This document shows, one piece after another, positions 38,801 through 53,800 of a stretch of 64,000 bases of DNA. The notes beneath the pieces were generated by a model. That model was given only the letters and a program-made list of their open reading frames with translations. It was not told the DNA's origin and made no database searches. The DNA lies in assembly GCA_964188305.1 (NCBI GenBank), contig OZ076888.1. One strand, written 5' to 3'. This DNA is from Podarcis bocagei (lineage: Eukaryota). The translations under genes and the position numbers were made by a program. Position 1 is the first letter of the stretch, and the number at the start of each line of letters is the position of its first letter.

Positions 38801-41800
38801 ATAGACAGAACATTTGCTAACCTGGTCAGATAAAACACTCCCTCTAAGTACCATGCCAAGAAGATGAAGTTATAGAGTTAATACCTGATACACAAGTGCC
38901 TTTTCAAATTATTTTTGAGTCACACTACGATTAATGTAGCATGGAATTCTTCAGCTGCATGAATCCATGGCAGAAAATTCCATTTTTTTAAAAAACAACC
39001 TTTCATTGACAGATTTTTATTTTTTTTAAAGAAAATCAGCCACAGCGGGGGAAATGACCTCATGTTTAACATGTTTGTATCTGAAGAAAGTCAAAAACAT
39101 TTTACCTTCTGAAAAATATAGAGGGATGGAAATGTGCGGGATATATCCAATTTTATTAGCTCCAAACTAGCCTCCCGATCAGCAACTGATACTCCAGCAT
39201 CTACAGAGATTAAAGCATGCAGATTTTTATATATGTATATGTCTGTAGAGTTATTTATACAGTAACGTAAGACTATGGCCCTCTTCTACGTAGTCTGACT
39301 ATTACTTCCAATCAGAAATTAAGAAAATACTAACTTAATTTAAAGAAAGCAGGAAAAGGTGTATAGAACAACTATTTCATTCAACTATCATTTTAACCTA
39401 TGAGTCGTGTCTGGTATACCACTGCAAAAATAAAAAAGGGTTTTAAGAGGTGATTTTAAAAATGGTTTAACTCAAGCAGGCACAGATGTGTTGCCACAGT
39501 CCTCCCATTTTGTCCCCTCACCTCCATTTTGTCTCAGAATTTCCATCCTATAGTTGGCAAGGGCTCGGCAACCCAGGACAAGGATGTCAGACTATCTGGA
39601 CTGTGCACTACTCTCTCTTGACCTGGGAAAGAGAGTTCCTAACTCTAAATGTCCAGGAGCTACAGACTTCTTGGACTTGCCAAGTCAAAAGCAACTGCAT
39701 CTTAAATTTGGACAATACCCTGCTACTCATTAAACTGGCAATACAAAGATCCCCATGCCCTTTTGACACAATGGAACCACACCATTCATTCCCTGTTTCA
39801 GAAAACAGCCAAAGCATATCCACCCTTTTTGTTCCTCTGGAAAACACCTTTCAACAGACTTCCTGTTTCAATTTTACAAAACTAATTGTTTTTAGAATTC
39901 TGGGGAAAGGATATCTCCTGAGAGCAGCCCTGCAAGCAGACACAGTGCCCAACTCATTCTGGGTTAGTAAAAGCTTTACTGCGCAGTAAAAAGCTCTACT
40001 GTGTCCTGTATTTTTACTTTACTCCACGAAGGATCCTTCTCACCAGTCCTTCTTCTGTGATAGGGAAAAAACCTCACTTTCATTAATTCTCTTCCTCCCT
40101 TTCTGCCTGGTTTTTTTGCTTGCTTCTTCTTCCTCTCTCTCTAATCCTTGCTCTGCCTCTACCTTCTCCCTTCAACTAGAACACAGTTGTGCAATTTGGG
40201 CTTGTGGCCACTTGTCCTATTCTTTCTCCATCCTTTCTCAGTAGCCTTCAGCACTTGACTTGTGATTTGGGCATTATCATCATTTATTTTAAAACTCCCC
40301 TTTTCAGGGTTACATCCTGAAGTCTCAGTTGTTTTCCACTCCTTATGGAGTGTTCCACTATTCAAGCCAAAGACCTAAGTTACCCAGTTTGTGCTCCTGT
40401 TTATTCTGAAAGCATGGTAGTTTCTAGGCCAGCTCTTCCAGGCTGACAGCAGCCTGCTCTCCAGCACAAAGAGCTGGGGCCCAAACAGCAAAGAGACTCT
40501 TCAGCACAACACTATATTCCCTCATCCATCTATTGTTCCTGAAGGGCTTATTCCCCAAACATGAAATCAGGTTTCAGACCTCTTTAGAGACATACTGTAC
40601 TTCCCAAGCAAGCATGCTAAGATATCATCACGTCATCTGTTTATATTGGAAAAGGGCTACTCCCTCACCCCTCTAATTTTGTACTGCTCATAAGGTTGGA
40701 TCACAAAAGACCAGACTTACTCTGAACTGATATTGCCAGTTCTGTTTGATAAATTGGTATCCTCCCTACAAAACCTACTTTTATTAAGCTCTTCCAGCTT
40801 CAGGATTTATGGCAAATCCACTGGATCATAACAGTATAATATTCTCTGAAGGAAACCCTCATTTCAACAAGCAGACAATTTTAAGGTATCTGCTTCTGTG
40901 TTTGAATCGCCAAACAAAGAGATGAACAAATTCAGAAATCTGTTTGGGATTCAACTTGCTCAGAACTATACCACATCAAACTGTAGATGTTAGCTGACGA
41001 TAATGTTAGCTTTCTATGTGCAAGTATCAAACGTTTGATCCTACAATGAATGATCTAGTCCCAAAAAGCCTGTGCTATATTTCTGAATGTGTCATTTGGC
41101 TAATCGTGTGCATTCTATTTGGAAGAATGTAAAAGCAGTAACGGGTATCGTTGTAACCTACCTTCTGCATCATTCTCAGCACCCATCTCCCCAAAACTCT
41201 TCCATCGTTCCTTGGCTCTAGATAAGAAGATTTCATAGAGTTCTGCAAAACAGACAGCAAAATGGAGCCAAAGGGCAAATTTACAGATAAGAACTATACA
41301 ATTTTCACAGTAATCCTGTTTTTTATTATATGCATTTTAGTTATAAAAACCAGGGAGGGAAATCATAGTGTGTAATATCCAGCCACTGACTCGGGACAGC
41401 TTCCCTGAATTTAGTTTTAGCTTCTGACATGAACAAGCCTTTTGGCTGCTTGTATATCCCCCGTTGCGCACACAAACAAACCACTAGGTACTCCATTAAC
41501 AAAATTTAACCAACTTCAAACCATGGCTTCATATTCCAGAACTGTTGAACATATATTCCTAGTTAAGATTAACCAGGAAACAATTGTTAATGGAAACTCA
41601 TGTAAAAGGGCTTCATGCTCAGCTAAAATGCCCCTTCGTGTATCTGGGTATTAATCCAAGACGTGATTGTCCAAACAAGTACACAGAGATCTAGGAATGC
41701 TCCATACAAAGATCTGTGAACTGTTAGAATCTTTACGTTGTTCCAGTTCTTAAACCAGCTATACTGATCTTTCTTGAAAGAGATGAAACTGAAACATGCT

Positions 41801-44800
41801 AAAATCTACTAACCAAGTGATCTCTTCCTAAAAAGAGTGAGTCTTCTTGCATATTAAAAACAGTCTCTTGAACTAAAATATTTAGTCAAGTCCCATTATT
41901 TAAAGGCTGTCTCCTCCCCCACCCAACAAAACCATTAACAAGCTCTAGCTTTTTGAAAAGTATTTGACAGCTAGAAAAAGTTGTCCCTTTCATTCTCATC
42001 TTTAAATGGCTTCAATTTAAAACTGGTATTGGGAGACTGTGCCAGTTTACCTCTCCTGGGTGAAGCAAAATAAGATACACTTTTGAACTTCTGTGGCATA
42101 AATTAATCTCTTCTAAAAGCAACTTCTTTCTGTATCAATAAAAGCTATTACAAACTCAGTGGAAGAAATGTTGGGTTATTTCTTGAGACCACCATCCTAC
42201 TGAGATAAGAGTTTGCATGTTTAGAACACATACCAGGAGTAATATTCAGTTCATTTCCTACAGCAAGACTCCACACTTTCCCACGAACACTTGGAGGCAA
42301 CCCTTGCCACCACAATTCTCGAACTCTCCTTGTAGAACGCCTAAAAAAAGAGAAGATGGGGGGGGGGGGTTTGGTAAGTACAGGTAATTTAGCTGCCATT
42401 CCTGGCATTTCCAGGTTGCCCCAGAAGCAAAGAACATCAGCAAGCTTTGGCTCCATATAGTGGAAAGTCAAGTGTTTTCCCTTATGGAAGCCAGATCACC
42501 TGAGAGGGCTATTGACACAGCTTTATCCCATTTAAGCCAACAGTGCCTTATGGTTTCTCCTAGATGCCACACCCAGGGAAACCCCCTGGCCCTGGAAGAC
42601 TGCAACTTCGCACAGGGTGAGCGTTTAGACAAACTGCTAATGACAACCATTTATTAAAGAGATTACTGAATAGAAAAAGTAATTCTAGACTATCATGAGC
42701 CCAAATACATGTTTGAGAACAAAGAAAAACATTCAAGGCTTTTGAGGGATATAAAAGCCTGTGAAGCTTATATTTAATGCTTTTTCATCCTGCTCTTCAG
42801 TCAAAAGGGCTTCCATAGCAGCTAACAAGCATCAGTAAAAAGGCTCCTGATGTTACAAAGTCATCTATACTTACATGGTCTCCCAATTAGGCAGTATTTC
42901 ATTGACCCAAATCACCATAGCGCTAGCGATGTTCTCCTCTTGCTTGAAGCGTTCTTTCATTATTTTCTTCCTTCTATGTGCATCCTTAATTTCTATTAAA
43001 TCCAGAATATTTTTAATTTTAATTTTAATTTTAAAATCAACATTTCAAAAATGTATCAAGATAGAAAATGTTCTGGGGGTTACATTCTCCAGATTAAGTC
43101 AACTGCCAAATTTCTTGCATATCGGCGCTGTTGAGATTAGCTCTCGACAGAAATATGAATCTCCCAATACTGTCTATTTCCCCATTTTCTCTTCCAAGTT
43201 TGCAAGACACAGTGGATGTCTGCAATTGTGTATATCTAGTAAGAAGAAGTAGGGCTGCACACTGACTAACCAACATCTCAAATAATGTTTGAATAAGCTG
43301 TTCTAGAGGAACTTTGTAAGAAACCACTTGTTGCATGAACCATGACAAGCCAAGTTAGGACAGATGTTATTGGATGACTAATTAAATCTCAGAAAGCTGG
43401 GAGAGTAATGTAATAGGGAATTCTAAGGGAAATTAGAGAGAGCCAACAGTTTGGAGCAGAAGCAATATTACTGATTCCAAGCAGAATGACTGGAGTAACA
43501 AAGATTAACATTTTTTAAGTAAGAGATTACATCAGTATAGAGAGGCAAAGATGAAACACAACAGCAAGTCAGTTGTTTCAGTCTCCAATCCTGTATTTTC
43601 CTTTATCACGTTAGAATTTGTGTTATTTAGTGAACTGTAGAGTTGGAAGAGATCCTAAGGGTCATCTAGTCAACTCTGTGCAATGCAGGAAGCTCATGGA
43701 AATCTGCCTTGCTTTCAGGACTGTTTCAAATAGTACTGGTTTTTGTACACAGACATGAGTGACCTCTATAATTTCTCACCCCAAACCCAACTAAGCCAGA
43801 GGCGTTCACTGAAACCCTTGTGGTGCTACTGCCTGCTTGGGACAGGGAGAATAGGAGGGAGAATAGGAGGGGTAGGTCTTCCAAGTACCCACCACAATAC
43901 AAGGCTGGCGGGTTGTATTTGGCAAGGCAGGTCATGAGTTCTGCAGGTTTTATGTAAAAAGTGTGTACACCACACTGTACAACCTACATGTCACCTGCAT
44001 ACTTTCCCTTATGTAAAGGGTCCAATTCATGTAAGAAAAAGCAATTCTATTTGACAGGCTGTTAAAACAAATTGTTGACTGCACTGACCAGCCAACATAA
44101 GAAGCAAGTTGCCTTTGAGAAAATATTTTAATTGACGCTGGAGTGCTAATCTATTGCTATCATGGGTAAGCACTTGCAAGGGTGTAAGAAAGTTATGCAC
44201 AAACATTAATAAACACGCACAGCGTTATGGTTTCAACACTGGCACGAGCTCCGAGCGGTAGATAAGCAAATGTATCCTTTGTAAGGTCAAGGCCTAAAGT
44301 CTTTTAACTTGCACACAGTCTTGGTGCAGGATGACAACAGGTTTAAGGCTGAGGATAGAATCCACTAAACACCATCTGCTGAAGGCTGCTGAAGTTGAAA
44401 AGGCAGTGATCACTTGCATTTCCATATACACTAACTGCATTGTATACCAGTTCAACAGCGTAACATACACAAATGGCACATATCTAAACTGTGACTCTCT
44501 CCAGCGGAACACAAGCTACCAGGCTACTGCTTTGGCTTTTTCTGCCATGTTAAGGTGCAGAGGTGAGTGTAACAGTGAAATAGATGTGTTGTGTGTGTTA
44601 GAGAGAAATATCTAGCTGTGCGTGCTGTGTGTGTACACTCAAAAAGCATTAATGAATATCTGTCTTCAGAATCCCAAGTACAAAGCAATGAATGAAACAA
44701 ATGTGAAAGTTTCAGTCCCACACAGAGTGTGCTAAAGTGTTAAAATTGCAGCCATACTTTGAAGGACAAATTAACTTCATTTTAAGACTGTACCTCTGTG

Positions 44801-47800
44801 TTAAAAGAAAGAAAGAAGAGTTTTCTTTTAGTCCAGGATAATTTGCATTCTATTTTTTATATTCCCACATTTTCGTTTTTAGAAAATAGCATTATGAACA
44901 GTAAGACTAGCCATACCTCTCTTTTTTGCTTCTGCCACCATTTCATCATATTCTTGTCTGTGACGTAAAGCCTCTTCTACAGATTTTGCAGGAAGGTTCC
45001 TGGGGGGAAAACATAAGCAAGGGTAAGGCTAAATGAATCAAATCAAAAAGTTCTGTTTTGTTTCATTTCCTATACAAGGGAATAAATTATTCCACTCTGC
45101 TTACTCCCAATAGGACCCTCCCGTCTGAGCCGTGCAAGATACCATAATTACCTTACTGAAGCAAAGATTTATGCCCAGTATCTCAGGAGGCAGGCAGACT
45201 ATAAATAAGGGAAAAGGTAAGACTGACCCACATTATACAATATTTATAGTACAAACCTTCATCGTTTGTTTCCGGGCATAATTCAAGTTGCTGGGATGGA
45301 TCTAGGAAGTCATTTACAACTTAGGGCAAGGGTAACTGAAGGACTACCTGAATGAACATTTCTGTGCACCACAAAAACCAACATTAAATTTTGATATGAT
45401 CTTCAGGAGGAGGTAGGCAAATCCTTCCAGGCATAACTTTGGTCATAACAACCTGCTTTGACATGAAACTGATACTCTGCTTTCAAAAGAACTCATAGCG
45501 ACTTACGATGGTCGATCCTCCAAAATAAGAGCAGTAGTTGAAAGTGGCTCAAATTCAAAGTGTCTACGTCTTGTCGCTTGGGGTACAGGTTTACATGTTT
45601 TTCCTGTTCGTGCTTCATACTCCTAAACAAGATTGAATGATATAATTTTAGTTGATCCACAGATGGGATAAATGGCAACAGTTTAAGCTTCCATCAATGA
45701 AGCTATGAGTTGCCTAGGTAACGACAACTTCAGAGTCAGATGAATATTGCTAGCAGCCATGCACAGTATCAGCCTGAGACTCAGGACAGAGCGAAAGGCG
45801 CTGCATCTAGTAATCGTGCTGTAACCAACACAAGCTGAAAGAGTAAATGTTCTGCAAATTACAGCGTGTGGAAAATCCATATAAAAGGAGGAAGCAAGAC
45901 AAGAGAAATAATCTGCTACTTATTGAAAGTTTCTGGTCCCATTCTGATGTAACCTAGTTTTACCTACGGCTTACCGTTATGGTTTGAAGTTCACAAGTTT
46001 CAACTAACCATAGTTAAGTTTGTCCTGGTTTAGACATAACACTTAACTGTGATTAGTGTAAAACAGAAGTAAGTGCATTTGAACTGCTCTTCCCAATCAC
46101 ACAGGAAGGACAGAAGTCTACAAGCACAAGGCTTACTATGGGCTCATTCCTGTAATGATAAACCATGTCTGACGAAGCCACTGTCTTTACTATCTCAGTT
46201 GTCAGTAGTATGGTAATCTGAATGTATACCACCACCCTGCTATCAGATAAAAATGTTGATCAACTTAGGTTGATTATACAGAAAATAATTATACAGAAAA
46301 TAATTATAAAACATATGTTTCTTCCTCACCAACACACATTCTTGCTGATTGTATTAAAAAGTGAGGTGAAACATTAATTGTGGCCAAACCACAATCTAAA
46401 AGCTTTGTATCAAAGAACTGTACCCACAGTGGTTTTGCAGTAACTGCTATACTAGAGGTTTGGCCGCTCTTTAGTATAAAGGAGATCAGGGCAAAATACT
46501 GCTACATACTGAATCAAATCCCCCCCCCATTAAAAATATCTCAAATACACTGCTAAATTCCACAGACCTAGCCCATTTCAAAACATAAAAAGCAACAAAT
46601 CAGTTGAACTGAAAAAAATATGCTGTTCTAAATAACTGGATTTGCAGCAGCTACAGAGGTAAAAATTATATGCACCAAGAAGTGCAAAGCAAGTACACTA
46701 ATTTTCTCATGAAAACTTTATCTTCGCCTTTAAAATGCATGGCTAGAACCTAAGAGCCCTCCTGGATCAGACCAAAGGTCATTAAGTCCAGCATCCTGTT
46801 CTGACTGTGGCCAACCAGATAAAGCTCCTTAATTAATTTGGTACACCTAAAATGTAAAAAAAAACACAAAAAAACCCCAACCAACCCCCCCAAACCCCTC
46901 AACTATTCAGAAATCCCTTCTGCCAAAATATCAATACTATATGAGGGCCTAACAGAGGATGAGTTTTCATAACATAATAAAAGTTTGGTGCCACCTTTTA
47001 AAAGGAGTTTGGCTATTTTGGACACCGTTTGCTAGCATTCAGAATCGGAGCAAGGCACAGGAGGCTTGTGGCTTCGCTTTTGCAAGCATGTTGGTTGTAG
47101 AACAAGAATACCACTTCATTCAAAGCATCCAACCATGGCAAGTTATTGTGGCATCAAATTCATCAGTTATGGTTTGGTCAGACAGCTAAAAGAGGGGTTC
47201 CCTGCCTGATGCAGCGACAGGGTTGTATAGACTGCAGCACTTATTTGGCATCAACCCACAGCATTATTATTGCTTTAGAGAATGCTGCTGGGACAGCTAC
47301 AGCATAAATGAAAAGGCCACGCCATTTACATTACTGTGTTTTTGGCACTACGTTGAATCCATTTATGGCAACTGCACAGATGATTTTTCACCCTAACATA
47401 AATATTCAGAAATATAATTTACATATTTCAGATGTAGCAGATATCCTAATCTCAATTATTGGGGATGAAATGACTCACTAGAATCAGCAAGATTCAATTC
47501 TGCCAAACATGGCTGGCCTTACCAGCCACTACCCATAATATTTCCAAGCTTGTCTTCACAACTACAAGGGCTAGAAGACTTCAACAGACCCATTAATGGG
47601 AGCTACTGTCCTCCAGACATGGGAAAGGTAACTGACCTTTGGACATTTTGAGAAGGTCAAATTAAGAGGCTGTGAAAAGCATCTATTCAGAGAATGTTAG
47701 AAGCAATAAATACATTTTTATAAGTTATGCAATGGAGTGCAAAAAAGATAAATGTTGTGCCAGTGAACACATAAAAGTATAGATGCTTGCTAGGCTGATT

Positions 47801-50800
47801 AGTCAGTTAGGGCTGTGTATACTTTATGCTGGTAAAAGGTTTGTGCCAAGATAATGCAAGATCTGCACCCTGCATAAATTCTGTTTGCTCACTCTGCTTA
47901 AATGTCTGCTAATCGTAGATAGTAGCAGGAAACTCTTCAGTACAATAAAGCTTCACCCTGTGACCATTAGAAGCCCTGCCCTAGAAACCCTACCCTGCCT
48001 CATCTGTTTTGTTTGTGGTTGTTTTAATTTTTACCAGGCACTACCCAGAATATTTCCAAGTTTATCTTCCCAGCCACAAAGACTAGAAACTATCAGGCTA
48101 CTGAATTCTGGACCCAATACCAGTTTCTGTGCCTGCGCAGTGCAAACACCAGCTACACTCAGCCTTTGCTAAAGCACTTTTAGATAGGCTAGCTGAGACA
48201 GGTACCTCCTGCACACAGCAATTTCTTGACAATTGCTACTGTCTGTAAGATAGAAAATCAATTAAGAATGCCATTTTGGACACAAGTTTCCTTGTGTCAG
48301 TACTGAATGCATAAAGGGCAAGGAAGGGATGCAAGAGTCTGAACACTTAACTCCTTGTTTATTTTGTGATGTGACAAACTGAAAGCAAGCTTGTTTGAAT
48401 GCTTTGCCATTTGAGCAATTGTGTGTATTTCTGACTGTGTAAAATTAAAGTTAACACTATTGCCTTGTGACTTGTTCTTGGCTATAAACACCAGCCAAGG
48501 AGATATCAAATATGTTCATGAACCTCAACTGCCTGCGTAGCAATCATTTCAAGAGGCTACTTTATGTGCATGGACTAAAAGTAAAAATAAAATAACTATG
48601 TTCCTAACACTGAGTTTCTGGATTGCCAATTGACAAACCTTATTTGACATAATGTGAGGTATGGAAGGAATATCAGAGAGATGAAATTCAGTGTTTCTTA
48701 TGAAGATAACCATGCATGGCAAGAAACTGACTATTCCTACCTTATGCCTCCCTTAGGGGAGCTTTTCCCAACCTAGTGGCCTCTAGATACTTGGACTATA
48801 ATAGTTCCATCATTCCTGACTTTGGTCATGCTGGTGGGAACTGATGGAGTGGCCCAACATATCTGGAGTGCACCAGTTATTAACCATATCAGACGATTAT
48901 GACAGCTCCAAAAATATGTAATGCATAGGCTTAAAGCATATCATTCACACGTTATATGTTTTCAGGGAGAAACACTAGTGTAACAGGGTAATCACTGCAT
49001 AATGTGTGATGCTGCCCCAAATGTTCAGTTGAGAAGCATGTAACAGCATCCTAAGCAGTGTTCCCGAACCTAGTGCCCTCCATATATTTAAAGCTCCCAT
49101 CAGCCCCAGCTTGCATGACCACTGGTGGGCACCAGGTTGGGGGAGGCTGATCTTAAAGCGCCCCGACTCCAATAATACCTCACTGGGTTGGGAATTTTTC
49201 TTCATTAGAACTTTAAACATCTGATAGTTCTATACATATTCCCTGCTCCATCGCTTTTTCCTCTGGTGGTATGTCTATTAAAATCATAAGCTTTCAGGCA
49301 GCAACACTCTTTAAAAAATGTGTGTGCTTTGTAAGATTCCGATGCCTGATAAAATACTATTCCTGGTCCTTGCACTGAAGAAAAAAATAGATTCCTAGCA
49401 TCGGATTGCCGATACCCAGCCAACTGAACAGAGTTCTCCAACTCTGTCTAGTCTCTTGATAATTCCGACCATCCACCCAATAAATTGAACCAGGATAATC
49501 TATAAATGGAGATCCCAAGATAACTGTGGGAAGCAAAGAAGAAAACCCTTTGTCATAGTGTTATGAAAGTGTATTTTAGACAATCTCTGGTAGGGGCACC
49601 ATGTCACTCACTCCCGCCCCCCCCCCTTGCTGTAAGTAGCATCATTCTCTGGGATATGAAACAAAGACTGTGTTCAAATGAAGTGCAGAATCCACTACAT
49701 GTTATATTCATCAAACTGAAACCCAAGTATTTCATTGTTCTTGACAAGTCTACCTTGCCACTAACAAATAAGAACTCCAAACCTAAGGATTGGCTTGTTG
49801 TTGTTGTTCCAAGGTGGGTTACAATAATAAAAGCACAATGTTTAAAAACAGTTTAAAACAACTTAAAATTACAGAATAACCTTGGTCCTAAAAATGCATC
49901 AAGTGTCAAAAGCCAGTGTATAGAGGTGCACCTTTCTAAGTTCAGGAATTTGCATCAGAGAGAGGAGTTGCTGATACATTATAGCAAAGGCAACTCAGAA
50001 GATATTAAAAAGCAAGCCTTATAAAGAGGTTTAAAGGAATTTGAAAAAGCAGAGTGTGAATGGCAGTAGATACGGCAACAGACATACAATTACCCCAAGA
50101 AAAGGAAATTGGAGAGAATGAAAGATGAGGAAGCAGAGTCAGCCTATCAGCATTTCCACTCTCTCTAAAGAAAACAATATCATTTCAGTGCTACTGATGA
50201 TCAAGTTCCAATAGATTCAAGTGTCAGGATTCACAAGGCACTGCAACTCAATGCCATCCTTCCTCCCACCCCCACCCCCACCGCAACAAAACACACAGAG
50301 GAGGGGGAAAGGGTGCTCCATTTTTTTAGGGTTAACATTTGCGCTTTTTTAACCCTTAAGGCCTTAACAAGCAAATAATAATAATAATTCAAAGAAAGGC
50401 ACTCAAATATTTTAAAGGCAGAAAAGCATGCTTAACATAACCAAGATAAACAGGAAGAAAAAGGAGGAAAAGGACTAGCTCCAACAATCTGAGCTCTCTT
50501 ACATCTGCCAAAATATTCTTTTATTCTCTCAGCATGTGTCCAATTATGTTACTAACAGATGGGGATCCTGACACTTTGATCTAGTAGTGTATTTGACGAA
50601 GAGGAGAAAATAGGACTCCTATCCGACATGACCCCATTCAAATGCCAATATTCTTACTGCAGGCTGTTCCCTATTCAAAGCTACTAAAAAATGAATAGTT
50701 AGAAACTAGGGGATTAAATGGTTGAAAGAGGAAATAACATCTAAATGACTCATTAGTCAAGATGGCCTGAAAATCGGCTTTTCAAATACATACTACTTTA

Positions 50801-53800
50801 GACTGGGTTGGGATTAAGGTTCAAGATACTAAGAGAATTTAGTTTAACATGTTAATAAGCAGTGATCTACAGCCACCCTGAGTTTTGAGTGAACAAGAGA
50901 ATGGAGGGGTACACATTTTTTAAGTGGATCACACCCTCAATTTAGATGGCGTATTCATTATTTAATCAGTTATCTAGAAAAGCACCAAGGCTTATTGCTC
51001 ATAGATAATAGTGGCAGAACAGAGAGCAATAGCTGGTCTTAATACAATGGGAAAGTATTGCTCCATGGATAAGAGCTTACTATGAGTACAAGCTAGTCAA
51101 GAAAAAACCCCGAGTCCTTTGCTTTTAAGGAAGTTTTCCTTGCACTATAATATAGCTGCAGCCTTTGCCAAGCTCAACTCTGGTATATTTTCCCTTCACC
51201 AGTCCACTTGGAATGGCGACCTTTAACATTGGAAACTGTTACAATTATTTAATTTCACTATACAGCCAGACGTCAGTGAAGTAGCTGAAAACATTTGTAG
51301 ACTATTGCTTAAAAATCGCTGAAAGCCACATGCTAAGTGAACAAGAATGAATATTTCATTCAACTGCAACAATTAATCTGGATACATTTTCAAATGAAAG
51401 AAACAAAACAAAGAAATTCATATCAAATTTGCAAACTGTGAACAAGGGAAATGAGTAAAACTTGCTTTTCAATAATGGTATTCAGTGACTTGATGAGTTA
51501 GTACTGTTAACTCATGCTACAATTATGTGATATGCCATCTAATTCAATGATTGCTAAAAAGATCCCATGCATGGCATATAATGTGATAGAAAAATATTAA
51601 ATTTCATACCCCTGTGTTTAATAGATTGAGTGTAGATACTGATGCAACACTGCCAGAACTTTCATCCTAATGAGAAAAACAGAAGTAAATCCTTAGAGAA
51701 ACAATTGACAGTCATTAATATACAGCAACATGCATGCAAACTTTATGTTCTTCTTCACAGTTTATATGGACCACCAGTGTGTACTGCTTTTTCAATCATG
51801 CTCATGTTCAATTCCAATGCAGATTGAGATTGAGGAATTGGGGAGATTTAAGACATATACCCATACTCTACATTAAAAGCTAAAATTCAAAGCTTCTATC
51901 AAAAAATCACCAAGAGTTCAAGGCACCGATTGTATAATACGTAAAGAGGACTAAAATAAGAATCCATTACGGCCTTCATAGCCAAGTCATGCCCTAGCCA
52001 GCAGTCTTCAGATCTTCTCAATTAGAAAGGCCCACTCTAAAAGGTTAACATCTGTGGAAACATACATTTGGCTTCTCTCTGGTATTTTTGATAAGCTTGT
52101 ATGTAAATTCTACTAGTTTAAAATCTTTTTAGTGAGGTACATATGTTTTAGATAGCTAAAATGAATGGTTCCACGAGGACTAAGCAGGGAAGAAAGTCAA
52201 TTTGGATGTTTAAATTCAGATCTATCTTAGCATTCATTTCTGTTTATGAAGCATTTGGCACAGCAGTAAAGATGCATCAAGGGACCAATGTCCTAAACTA
52301 GCAGAGCAATTCAAACCTCCTTTGGGCCAGGCTGGCAGGGGCTGGATTGGGCAAATGCACCTCCAACAAATCAAACCCCTTCCAACAGTGCTGCTGGTCT
52401 CTTACCAGCCTTCCACTGGCCACTACCTCTGGAGTAAAAGCAGTGGAGCTCCCCTTTCCCAGGAGTGGGGAAGAGGCTGGGCTGGCCAGGATAAATTACC
52501 GTATTTTCCCGTGTATAAGACAAGGTTTTCATATTAAAATTAATTCTTAAAAATTGGGAGTTGTCTTATACACGGATAGTGCAGAGGGGGACGTGCGATT
52601 GGTGGCCGCAAGCAGTAGATTACAATCAGTGATTCAGTGGGTGGTTGGATAGTGCAGCAAGGCCTGCTGGCGATTGGCGGCTGCTGGCAGCGAGCGGGCA
52701 GGTGATGGGTGGCTTCGTTTGTTTGGCAGCGACGGTCAGGCGGGTGAGCGAACGTTGGCAACCCCCCCATAGAAGCTCAACAACTATGGGCAATCTCCCC
52801 CCATTTCCTCAATTTGTAGTCCCCCAAAATAGGGGTTGTGTTATACACGGAAAAATACGGTATATCCCAAGCCATCCCTGCTGATGCCTTGGGCCCCATT
52901 TGGGCCTGGTCACTGCTCCAGCTCCAGACTGGCACAGCAATCTGTCTGCTCTCCCCAATGCACAGCACAGCTGGTCTTGCCACTCCATAAAACCCGTTCG
53001 TGCCAGGGAGGAGTTTAGATTGCTCCCTACATAGCTAACACAAAAACAGACTGCGTCACACCTGAAGCAGTACTGAAAAGGCTGTACAAATTGACTTATA
53101 TTACATCTTCACGTATCAGGAGGGGCAGAAACAGGGGCTACTGAAAATAAGATGTAAACCCTGCCAAACTAATAGTAAGGTGACCAAATGTATACTTCAA
53201 ACCTAGAGAGGTTCGCCATGCCAGAGAAAGCGAATGACCTCGGTATGAACACTGGTTGGGAAATCAACTAGCAGCCTTCCAGGGCCCAGCAAATTTCTCT
53301 CCAGTTCCATTTGTCCTTGGGAGATCTAGTGACAGATCGGCCACCCACTATGGCAACATTATTCCAGAAAGTCTATGAACATGGGATAGGTAGTTTAACT
53401 AAGATACCAGGGATCTTGATAGCAAAAGCTCACGTGCCAAGCACACCAAATTATCTAGGAATCTTTTCCCATAACCTTGGAAGCACCTCTCTGAAGGGAT
53501 AAACATTTCCCCACATTGTGTCAGTGTCGTAGTAGGTTGTATTAGCAAGCAAGGAACTTCGTTAACTGGTTTAACATACTTAGTTGCTGGTTTAACATAC
53601 TTTCGCTGATCTTCATTGTTTGCGGGCAATAAACCATACTCATTTATGGGTAACAGATGTTACAGAATACCGTAGGTCATAGGATCAATATGAATGTTCC
53701 AAACAATTTAATTGGAAAGTGTCAATTAACATCACCTTTGCTGAGCTATTTTAGACACTCCATGGAGCTTGGACAGAAAGACCGAGTTTTTCTTTAAATA

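Noticed and set aside
39486-39989. 167-aa ORF, likewise 58189-58719 (176 aa)
   Set aside because: These overlap decayed repeat remnants in introns and show no recognisable homology or splice support.
45683-45880. 65-aa - strand ORF as an extra TBC1D12 coding exon or an exon 3 extension
   Set aside because: No suitable donor site, and the acceptor TAG is an in-frame stop for any extension into exon 3.
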